A stretch of 61,616 nt of DNA, taken from IMG/VR virus record IMGVR_UViG_3300037112_000155, positions 62,001 through 123,616 of that record, one strand, 5' to 3'. A program made the translations under genes and the position numbers. The DNA is from an uncultured virus (IMG/VR IMGVR_UViG_3300037112_000155) (Duplodnaviria > Heunggongvirae > Uroviricota > Caudoviricetes). How positions within the stretch are numbered: the first letter of the stretch is position 1; each line of letters opens with the position of its first letter. Positions 49,297-56,791 of the stretch are shown one piece after another. The notes beneath the pieces were generated by a model. That model saw nothing but the letters and a program-made list of their open reading frames with translations, was not told the origin of the DNA and did not search any database.

Positions 49297-49599
49297 ATGG
49301 CAGAGTTAGCAGAAGCGAAGGCGTTGAAGCTCGAAGACGAAACCATCAAGGTGATCTGGACGGTCCTGTTCAAGGACTATCCACCGACCAACGCCGCTGT
49401 TGTGTTGAAGGCCATGCGTGACTGGTACCTGGAGTACGGCAACGGTCCAGTGTTGCGCGCCCTGACCGACTGGTTGACCCAGATCGTAGGGTACAGCGCG
49501 GACATCGTTGGCACTTACAAACTCGGGCAGACAGAGTTCACCGAGAAGACAGCACTCACCGCCGAGTCGAACCCCTGTGGAGCAGTCCATGCCGGCTAA
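49297..49599 (+). CDS. Hypothetical protein
   Basis: GGAG RBS. Confidence 0.65.
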   Translation: MAELAEAKALKLEDETIKVIWTVLFKDYPPTNAAVVLKAMRDWYLEYGNGPVLRALTDWLTQIVGYSADIVGTYKLGQTEFTEKTALTAESNPCGAVHAG

Positions 49600-49963
49600 A
49601 GAGAAGATCGAAGGCATTACCCCGGGCGACTGGTACGTCCTGATCATCCCGGACGGCGTTCCCGGCGCCGGCAAGTTCTTCGTAGCGGCCAAACCATACG
49701 AAGGGCATCCGCACCTGAACCACACGCGGAACTTCGACATCGGCGCCGATGAGAACTATCCCACTAAGTGGGCGGACTGCCATGCGATTTCCGCAACACC
49801 TAAGTTGATCGCTGCGCTCAAGGTTGCGCAGGAGCTGCTGATCCGGGCAACCAACACGCCGCCCGCGTCAGACGAGCGCTGGGCGCAGATCGCCGACGCT
49901 CTGGATCAGGCTACAAATCCGCCGGAAGCACCAGCTAGCGTGTGGAAGTGGGAGGAAGAATGA
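49589..49963 (+). CDS. Hypothetical phage protein
   Basis: TPGDW ... AD..AISATP.L..ALK pattern. Confidence 0.7.
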   Translation: MPAKEKIEGITPGDWYVLIIPDGVPGAGKFFVAAKPYEGHPHLNHTRNFDIGADENYPTKWADCHAISATPKLIAALKVAQELLIRATNTPPASDERWAQIADALDQATNPPEAPASVWKWEEE

Positions 49964-50818
49964 GTAGGTTCTGGAACATCTGGGGAAGTGGATGCCTGGT
50001 CGGTTTCGTAATCGCCTGGTTCATCTTCGGGAAGTAGGAGACATGAAGCTCTGGAACTGGATTGCACCGATCCGCTATCGCGGGCCGGACGCCTGGTATG
50101 ACCGGCAGGTGTTCTTCATCAACGATAACGGCAACCGGGAGCTGCGCGGCCGCTGGGGTCTGCTGTTGGTAATCGGGCTCATGCTGGGCAGTACCTACGT
50201 TGCAACCCACACAAGATAGCCCGCAAGAGCTATGAGGTCCTTCGGGGCTGATGATCTTGCAACCGTCTCCGTCGCGCCCACCGCAAGCAAGGCTAGCTGG
50301 CCTCCAATGGCCAGCGAACACGTCAAGGGCGGTGGGCCCCTCGGGACTCAAGGAGAATAGCGTGGCAGTCCTCAGCTCGATGTCCAAACGATCCACGAAG
50401 CAGTTGCAGGCGCTGTTCAACGGCCGCGGCGGCATCGCTGACACGTATCGAGACGGAGGGCCGTTCACGCCCGAGTTCAAAGAGATGGTTGTGGCCTATC
50501 ACGCGGAGTGCGTGAAGCGCCAGATCCCATCCGGCCTGGTGGAAGAAGATCAGGTATTTCCATTGCCGCCGAGGAGGGCCGCATGAATGAGATTCGTAAT
50601 GACGCCTACGCGATCGCGTGGATCCTGGGCATCGGGCTGGCCTGGTACTGGCTGATACTGTGGTCCAGCGCGGTCGGAAAGTGGCTGCTGAATATGCATA
50701 ACACGCAGGTCCGCACCACGGACCGCTGCAAGCCGCTGAGCCGGGCGCTGGCGCCTGTAATCCGGCAGGGACCGGTGCGCAAACCTTTCCCAGTCGAACG
50801 CTACATTCTGGAGGACTA

Positions 50819-51028
50819 ATGGCATCTGAACCGCACATCGTCATCCCTGAGTGGATGACGCCTGAGCAAGTCGAGGCAATCGGCAAGTTATTCGATCGCA
50901 ATCCGGATGGGTCTGTTGATCGCCATGCATTCTTTGGCCGCGTTCAATCCTACGGAGACTACTGCGGACTGACCTGGGTAAACGGGATGTTCATCGGTAT
51001 CGAGAAAGACGGGTACACGCACTCATGA
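50819..51028 (+). CDS. Conserved small phage protein
   Basis: C-terminal GMFIGIEKDGYTHS. Confidence 0.75.
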   Translation: MASEPHIVIPEWMTPEQVEAIGKLFDRNPDGSVDRHAFFGRVQSYGDYCGLTWVNGMFIGIEKDGYTHS

Positions 51029-51243
51029 TCGACAAGTTGATCTGTTCTGTAGTCGGCCATCGTCCGGCGTTCGGCTACGGCCATCAGGAAGGCAAAGGCT
51101 ACTTCAGCACCAAGTTCGTTGCCGTGGACGGAACCAACCGGATCCACGCCAGCCTGCATTGCAGCTGCGAACGCTGCGGCCGGGTCTATCAGGTGGGCAT
51201 GATCCATGTACTCAGCCTTGCTGAGCTTCTGGGGCGAACCTAG
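51025..51243 (+). CDS. Small Zn-binding-like protein
   Basis: LICSVVGH...CERCG. Confidence 0.6.
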   Translation: MIDKLICSVVGHRPAFGYGHQEGKGYFSTKFVAVDGTNRIHASLHCSCERCGRVYQVGMIHVLSLAELLGRT

Positions 51244-51444
51244 ATGGAACGTGCTGTTCAACTCATGCGCGCCCACACAGTGGAGTCGATCAAGGAATTG
51301 GCCGACTATGTTCACAACACGGATCGCCCTTGCTCGACGTTTACGGACGCGCGACTGGGGTACATCTTTGAACAGATTCAAGTGATCAACGCTTTGCAGA
51401 AACTGAAATCAAACTGGTCGCCACGAGTCTTGGAGATCAAGTAG
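51244..51444 (+). CDS. Hypothetical protein
   Basis: Abuts upstream stop. Confidence 0.5.
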   Translation: MERAVQLMRAHTVESIKELADYVHNTDRPCSTFTDARLGYIFEQIQVINALQKLKSNWSPRVLEIK

Positions 51445-51450
51445 TTCATG

Positions 51451-51573
51451 GGGCCGGTAGTTCAGCGGTTAGAACAGCGGGCCAACTGAAGGCAATCCAC
51501 ACGTTGGGTCAACCAGCAACTGGCTAAAGCCGAGCAAACCCGTAGGTCGCAGGTTCGAATCCTGCCCGGCCCC
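51451..51573 (+). tRNA. tRNA-like gene with a 57-nt anticodon loop (about 50-nt insertion); isotype undetermined
   Basis: Acceptor GGGCCGG/CCGGCCC; D stem GTTC/GAAC; anticodon stem GCGGG/CCCGT; T arm GCAGG-TTCGAAT-CCTGC. Confidence 0.75.
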
Positions 51574-51587
51574 ACTAGGAGAATGAG

Positions 51588-51812
51588 ATGAGTAACGAGT
51601 TAGCGAAGGACCTGCTCGAAGCGATCGTCGTATACAACCGGGTCAAGAATGGCGACTCCGGCGATGCCGAGCACGATGCCGGCGTCGAGATGCAGAATGC
51701 CGCGATCACCTACCTTCGGTCCGAGGCCATCAACAACGTGGACCTGACCGACCTGGTGGCCAGCTTCGGCGACACGCTCGATGAAGACGTCGAGGAAGAC
51801 GAGGAAGAGTAG
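51588..51812 (+). CDS. Acidic hypothetical protein
   Basis: AGGAG RBS. Confidence 0.7.
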   Translation: MSNELAKDLLEAIVVYNRVKNGDSGDAEHDAGVEMQNAAITYLRSEAINNVDLTDLVASFGDTLDEDVEEDEEE

Positions 51813-51814
51813 CC

Positions 51815-52066
51815 ATGACCGCAGACCAAGTGGCAAAGCTGAAGCCTGGCGACAAGGTGTTCTGGCATGACCCGGATGAGGAACTGTGCAGCCGGGTTCT
51901 GACCATCAAGCACATCACGATCGACGGCGAGGATAGTGCCCTGATCTCTGATGTGGGCGGTTCCGACCTCGGCGTGCTGTTTGACGAGATCAACTATTAC
52001 ATGGAAATCCCTTATCCTGCGCCGCTTGGCCGTGATGGCAAACCGTTGGGCGGATCGAGGAAATGA
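51815..52066 (+). CDS. Hypothetical protein
   Basis: LKPGDKVFWHDPD motif. Confidence 0.65.
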   Translation: MTADQVAKLKPGDKVFWHDPDEELCSRVLTIKHITIDGEDSALISDVGGSDLGVLFDEINYYMEIPYPAPLGRDGKPLGGSRK

Positions 52067-52695
52067 TGTCAGAACAAACCTGGTATAGGACTGAAGAACG
52101 TGCGTTCGCTCCCGGTATCGCTGAAGGGTGGCCAACAGTCATTCCGGCGCCGCATTCCAAGCACGGACGCCTGGTCCGCCAGAGCGGCGACCCAGACCGC
52201 TTGCATGCCATCATTCAGGGATGCGCTCAGTGCCTGCCTGAAGACTGGGGCATCACACTCGAGATCGAGCGTGAAGGCGGCGGAGTCGATCTGTACGATC
52301 CCACCGGATCTCGTGTGGACTTCCCATCGAACAGGGAGACCCTGCACGAACAGTTCTCGGATGCCCTACAGTATGCGATCGAGAAAGCGGCCAAGCAGGC
52401 GCTGGTCGTCAATTACCCGGATCCCCAGACCTGGCTGATCAAGCGGGACATCGCCAATAACAAGCTGGTGTTCTTTCAATCGAAGGTGACCCGGGAAACT
52501 GGAGTTTACTCCGAGAGCATGGCCATTGGCGTGGGAACGCAGCATTACGCTGACCATCCCAATTGGTGCATTCTTCGGGTTACCGCGATGGCATCCCCGC
52601 AGGCTCGTGGGGATCAGCGGACCTGGCTCGAAGACTACCTTTCCGGACCGGACTGGCAGGATGAAATCGGAATGAAGGAGCAAGTCAGCAAATGA
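52063..52695 (+). CDS. Hypothetical protein
   Basis: GAGG RBS; ATGA overlaps. Confidence 0.65.
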   Translation: MMSEQTWYRTEERAFAPGIAEGWPTVIPAPHSKHGRLVRQSGDPDRLHAIIQGCAQCLPEDWGITLEIEREGGGVDLYDPTGSRVDFPSNRETLHEQFSDALQYAIEKAAKQALVVNYPDPQTWLIKRDIANNKLVFFQSKVTRETGVYSESMAIGVGTQHYADHPNWCILRVTAMASPQARGDQRTWLEDYLSGPDWQDEIGMKEQVSK

Positions 52696-52952
52696 GTGAG
52701 TTGATCAGTTACGACCTGCCGTTCGGAGTCAAGATCGGTGTCAACGACCGAACCAAGGATCACGAGCCGGGCACGCCGAACAAGGTGGCCACCATCTCGT
52801 CGAACCTGGACACCGAGATCAGCTACGAGTCTGCGGACACGCTGGAGTGGTTCCTCATGAACCTGGCCGATCAGGGTCTGGACATGAACGATCGTCGCTT
52901 CGGCTACGCCCTGGAGGCGACGGTCAAGACGCTCAAGGAACGTCCGAGCTAG
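52692..52952 (+). CDS. Hypothetical protein
   Basis: AAGGAG upstream; ATGA overlap. Confidence 0.65.
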   Translation: MSELISYDLPFGVKIGVNDRTKDHEPGTPNKVATISSNLDTEISYESADTLEWFLMNLADQGLDMNDRRFGYALEATVKTLKERPS

Positions 52953-52981
52953 CTGGATTATGCGATGGGGCTGTGATCTTC

Positions 52982-53110
52982 TATACTAGACAGTGAAGAT
53001 GATCCCCGTGACCCAATCCGCGCAGTGGAATCCGATGAATGGTGACGCCGGGGATCCGTAGTCGATCGCAAGATCGTGACTACGCACCCTCGGCTAACCC
53101 CGAGGGTTTT
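52982..53110 (+). promoter_or_regulatory. Candidate leader peptide/attenuator upstream of the tRNA array
   Basis: TATACT -10 box at 52982; ORF 52993-53061; stems 53001-53056 and 53057-53084; terminator 53086-53110. Confidence 0.5.
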
Positions 53111-53128
53111 GTCGTTTTAGCACCACGA

Positions 53129-53204
53129 TGACGAGTAGCTCAGTTGGTAGAGCGGCGCCCTGTTAAGGCGTTGGTCGCAGGTTCGACCCCTGCCTCGTCA
53201 GCCA
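53129..53204 (+). tRNA. tRNA-Asn(GTT)
   Basis: Full cloverleaf; loop CT-GTT-AA; G73; encoded CCA. Confidence 0.95.
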
Positions 53205-53237
53205 ATCTTAGTGAGCACTGAGTGGTGCTCACATCAC

Positions 53238-53334
53238 GCAGGGTAAGGATCTTTCTGTTCGAGTCGTGACACACTCACGTCTTTGACGCTCGCACGGTGT
53301 AGATCCCTTGGGACGTGAGAACACCCCTCCCTGC
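53238..53334 (+). ncRNA. Candidate pseudoknotted small RNA in the tRNA array
   Basis: GCAGGG/CCCTGC closing stem; GGATCT/AGATCC; crossing pair CTCACGTC/GACGTGAG. Confidence 0.45.
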
Positions 53335-53352
53335 ACCTCTTTGAACCTCCAT

Positions 53353-53401
53353 GGGGCCGCGCGGGCCGTCACCTGCGGGAGGATGGCAACAGGCTCCACC
53401 A
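53353..53401 (+). ncRNA. 49-nt tRNA-Ala-like acceptor minihelix ending in ACCA
   Basis: GGGGCC/GGCTCC with G3-U70, A73 and CCA; internal GCCGTC/GATGGC stem. Confidence 0.55.
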
Positions 53402-53406
53402 AGTTC

Positions 53407-53483
53407 GGCGGTGTAGCTCAGCTGGTTAGAGCGCGACACTCATAACGTCGAGGTCCGTGGTTCAAGTCCACGCACCGCCACCA
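53407..53483 (+). tRNA. tRNA-Met(CAT) (Ile2 not excluded)
   Basis: Cloverleaf; loop CT-CAT-AA; A31-C39 mismatch; CCA. Confidence 0.9.
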
Positions 53484-53732
53484 AGCAGCGCCCTGGAGAC
53501 CGAGGCGACTCTAAGTATCGGTCCAACGCATGCAACCGGAGCTGCTACTCCGATGGTTGCTACAGGCTGTCCGTTGAGCAGAACGGGTTGGCGCGACCGG
53601 CGGGCGCAACTCCCGCCTCCCTTCTTAGGTGTTTCACCCGATTGTTCTGTTTCAGCATGTGTTGAAAATGGCAGTAATGGTGAATGGCGTCCTGATCCGA
53701 GGCGCGGTATCAAGTATCGGTCACCAACCCAC

Positions 53733-53818
53733 AGGGGTGAGGGGCAACGGTTCGGCCCAGCGGTCTCCAAAACCGCCGACGCAAGTCACTGCAGGTTCGA
53801 ATCCTGTCACCCCTGCCA
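53733..53818 (+). tRNA. tRNA-Trp(CCA) with long variable arm
   Basis: AGGGGTG/CACCCCT; loop CT-CCA-AA; G73; CCA; variable hairpin GAC-GCAA-GTC. Confidence 0.88.
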
Positions 53819-53840
53819 ACCGCTTTACCCGAGGAATTGA

Positions 53841-54572
53841 ATGTTACCTACCGACATGAAATGGCCCACCGACCTGGTGATTGTTCGCCACGGCCAGTCC
53901 CAGCGCAACGTAGAGAAGGAACAGGCGAAGGCCAAAGGCCTGCTGAAGTCCTACGTGGGCGACATCCGGGACCAGGACACACCCCTGACGCCCCTGGGCT
54001 TCGGCCAGGCGCTCCACGTAGGTGTGGAGCTGCGCAACCTCTACCCGTTCGACGTCGTGCTCACCTCGCCCTATCTGCGCACCAAGCAGACAACTGACCA
54101 GATCCTCAAGGGCCTGGGCGTAGAGAACAAGGCGGGCCTCGAGCGCTTTCGGCCGGGCATCAAGGTCGTCGAGGACGAACGGCTGCGCGAGATCGAGTTC
54201 GGCATCTTCGACGGGCTGACCCGTGAGGGTCTGCAGGCGAAGTATCCGGAGGAAGTCACCCGGCGGAACAAAGAGGGCAAGTATTGGTATCGCCCACCTG
54301 GCGGGGAGTCGCGCCCGGACGTCGGCATGCGGCTTCACAGCATTCTGGGCACCCTGAGCCGCGACTACGCCGGCGAGAAGGTCCTGGTGGTCACCCACAG
54401 CGTTGTGGTGCTGGTGCTCCGCAAGCTGCTGGAGCGCTGGACCGAGGAACAGTATCTCGATGTTGATGCCAACGACGACGTCAAGAACTGTTCGATCACG
54501 CACTATACGGCCGGAGGGAACAGCCACAAACTGATCCTGAAGTCCTACAACACCGTCTGTTACCCGGAGTGA
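53841..54572 (+). CDS. Histidine phosphatase (phosphoglycerate mutase family)
   Basis: VRHGQS; SPY.RT.QT; LRE..FG; PGGES; VVTH; NCS. Confidence 0.92.
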   Translation: MLPTDMKWPTDLVIVRHGQSQRNVEKEQAKAKGLLKSYVGDIRDQDTPLTPLGFGQALHVGVELRNLYPFDVVLTSPYLRTKQTTDQILKGLGVENKAGLERFRPGIKVVEDERLREIEFGIFDGLTREGLQAKYPEEVTRRNKEGKYWYRPPGGESRPDVGMRLHSILGTLSRDYAGEKVLVVTHSVVVLVLRKLLERWTEEQYLDVDANDDVKNCSITHYTAGGNSHKLILKSYNTVCYPE

Positions 54573-55162
54573 ACATGTTAGCGAATGCAGTGAACCCGAA
54601 CATCCCCAAGGCCAAGACGCGTGTCGACGTGCCTGCCGTGATCCTCAACAACCCGAAATACTCGCACAACATGGCCGGTGTGATCCGAGCTTGCTCCTGC
54701 TGGGGTGTTCCGACTTTGCTATGGACCGGAAGCCGCGTTGTTCCTGAGCAGATGGATCGTCTGCCGCGGGAAGAACGCATGAAGGGCTACAAGGACGTGC
54801 ACTGGCAGCGAACGGAGCGTCCGTTCGATCTGCTTCCCGAGGGAGTGATCCCGGTGTGCATCGAGTTGGTCGAGAACAGCGTGCCATTGACTACCTTCGA
54901 GCATCCTGAGAATGCGGTGTACGTGTTCGGGCCGGAAGATGGAAGCGTGAAGCAGGTGATTCGCCGCTTCTGCCATCAGTTCGTTCACATCCCGACACAC
55001 CATTGCCTCAATCTGTCGCAGGCTGTGAACCTGATCCTGGGTGATCGTCGTATGAAACGCCAGCTTTCCGGCGTGGAAGAGATTGTTCCGCTGAGTCAGA
55101 TGCTGCACGAGACGCGTGGCTATACCAGCGAGATTGATGTACTTGGATGGGACGGAAAGTAA
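54569..55162 (+). CDS. SpoU/TrmH-family RNA methyltransferase
   Basis: P....N...VIRAC; YVFGPEDG; IP...CLNLSQAV. Confidence 0.88.
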   Translation: MNMLANAVNPNIPKAKTRVDVPAVILNNPKYSHNMAGVIRACSCWGVPTLLWTGSRVVPEQMDRLPREERMKGYKDVHWQRTERPFDLLPEGVIPVCIELVENSVPLTTFEHPENAVYVFGPEDGSVKQVIRRFCHQFVHIPTHHCLNLSQAVNLILGDRRMKRQLSGVEEIVPLSQMLHETRGYTSEIDVLGWDGK

Positions 55163-55515
55163 TGAAGGCTGAACCCTGCTTTGACGTGTACGACGACGAT
55201 GTGACCCCACCGATTTATCACCTGATGTTCATGCTGACGCGGGGCACCGGTAATGACCTGACCCACAGCATCAGCATCGATGACATCGATCCGGCGAAGG
55301 TCACGGCCGAACAGCGCGCCTTCTTCGAAGAGCGCATCTTCTCACTGGGCACTACCTTCGGAGGCGGCGACCATGCAGCCGTCACCAAGTTCATCGAGGC
55401 GCGCAAGGGTGTCAAGCCCACCGTCGAAGAAGCGATCGAGGAGTACAAGCAGTTCCTCCGTAAGCATCACTTCAATCCCCAGACCTCCATCGTCAAGGTG
55501 AGTGTCTGGTGGTAA
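55162..55515 (+). CDS. Hypothetical protein
   Basis: TAATG overlap; codon bias. Confidence 0.65.
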   Translation: MKAEPCFDVYDDDVTPPIYHLMFMLTRGTGNDLTHSISIDDIDPAKVTAEQRAFFEERIFSLGTTFGGGDHAAVTKFIEARKGVKPTVEEAIEEYKQFLRKHHFNPQTSIVKVSVWW

Positions 55516-55728
55516 GAGTTTCAACTTAGGGTTTGCCCTGGCTATGTGCGTTACCGTAGCCAAGGTGATCCCAGAAAGGCATCGTCATGCGCGAGTTACT
55601 TGAGTTCCTTGCCATCATTGCCGTGCTCTTCGGAGGCATCGCGGCGCTTTGTCACGATCCACTGGCTGTTGACTGGTCAGCGATGGATGCGTATGTCGAC
55701 AGCTTAGAAGACAAGAAAAAGGAGTCCG

Positions 55729-56082
55729 ATGGGATTGAACACCACAGTTCTGATTCTGAATGACGCTTTGACCCAGATCGAGGGTGATCCAGAGTTCGGC
55801 AGGAAGTTAGTCAAGGTGATCCGGGAACGTGCGCTCTTAGAGAAGATCGTGAGCGGCCGTAAGTGCTCAATCAGCTCCTATGTCAAGGCCGGCAATCATG
55901 TGAATGCCGCTACCGTGATCGAGACTCACAACGCAGATATCACAACCCTGGTCGCGATCGGCGCGAACTACGGCACGGTCTTATACCAAGCACCTTGTCG
56001 CGAACACCACACCAAGCCAGCACAGTGGAAGCTGCTCGAGGATGCGTACAACGCATCCACGAAGGTTGAGCCGAAGCCATGA
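55729..56082 (+). CDS. Hypothetical phage protein
   Basis: MG.NTTV.ILNDAL..I..DP.FG; AAGGAG RBS. Confidence 0.7.
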   Translation: MGLNTTVLILNDALTQIEGDPEFGRKLVKVIRERALLEKIVSGRKCSISSYVKAGNHVNAATVIETHNADITTLVAIGANYGTVLYQAPCREHHTKPAQWKLLEDAYNASTKVEPKP

Positions 56083-56201
56083 TGGGGTACATGAGGATAG
56101 CCAAGCGCAATTGGTATCGCGCTGGAGGGTTTCGCAACTCGTTGTGCGTGAGAGTCACGCGTGGCCGGGCCTGGGCATACTTCTGGGGAGGATCGTTCTA
56201 A

Positions 56202-56408
56202 ATGAGTAAACCGTTAGGAATGACCGCAAGCTTTCAGGTTGTCCGGCCGAGCGGTCTTGAGGACCGCATCTACGACATCGTCGAGGAGTGCGTTCGAGCC
56301 AATATAACTCCTGAACACGTGATCCGCGAGATCCGCGACGACTGGGGCATTGTCCTTACCGAGAAAGCCAATGCCGACGATATGGCATTTGCAAAGGCGC
56401 TCAAATGA
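56202..56408 (+). CDS. Hypothetical protein
   Basis: GGAGG RBS. Confidence 0.6.
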   Translation: MSKPLGMTASFQVVRPSGLEDRIYDIVEECVRANITPEHVIREIRDDWGIVLTEKANADDMAFAKALK

Positions 56409-56692
56409 GGCGAGTTCACTTTGGTAGACCCCGGCATACTTGCTATGGTGGCGGTGGTAAAGGAAAGACCACAGGTTTGGACTTTCGGACGTTTCAGTCC
56501 GCCGGTGATCCGCCCTTTGTTGAGATCCGGCCACTCAATGGAACCGGTGGGGTTGCAACCTGCTACATGCAGATCCCGCTGAACCGGATTCAGGAGTTCG
56601 TCGACGCCCTGCAGGAAGAGGTCGAACGCTATCACGGCGAAGGTGCCGTCGACAAGAATGCCGGCGAAGAACGCTGGGGTTCGCAGCAGTAA
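56405..56692 (+). CDS. Hypothetical protein
   Basis: ATGA overlap. Confidence 0.55.
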   Translation: MRRVHFGRPRHTCYGGGGKGKTTGLDFRTFQSAGDPPFVEIRPLNGTGGVATCYMQIPLNRIQEFVDALQEEVERYHGEGAVDKNAGEERWGSQQ

Positions 56693-56699
56693 CAAACAT

Positions 56700-56777
56700 C
56701 AGTGTGTAGCTCGGTCCGGTTAGAGCGCGCTCATTTGGAGAGCGAGGTCGGGGGTTCAAATCCTTCCACACTGACCA
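56700..56777 (+). tRNA. tRNA with Pro-type body (C1-G72, A73); loop ATTTGGA reads TTG (Gln) or, if shifted, TGG (Pro)
   Basis: CAGTGTG/CACACTG-A-CCA; anticodon stem CGCTC/GAGCG; TTCAAAT T loop. Confidence 0.85.
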
Positions 56778-56791
56778 CTTTTAGGAGAATC

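Larger units (their letters stand above)
16477..55528 (+). promoter_or_regulatory. Repeated 16-bp motif TAAGnGTTTCACCnnA
   Basis: 11 copies, all on + at gene boundaries: 16477, 17147, 18824, 20713, 23044, 27338, 36841, 39263, 48404, 53626, 55513. Confidence 0.7.

Noticed and set aside
50222..50260. CTGATGA hammerhead-like sequence
   Set aside because: No downstream stem II plus GAAA; it lies within a simple UUCG hairpin
51482..51538. Group I or canonical bulge-helix-bulge intron for the tRNA insertion
   Set aside because: Too short for group I, and the pairing needed for a 37/38 bulge-helix-bulge is absent
56419..56426. CTTTGGTA inside ORF 56405-56692, and a TTTTGGTA variant near 1740
   Set aside because: Intragenic and possibly chance, so not used as support for the promoter call
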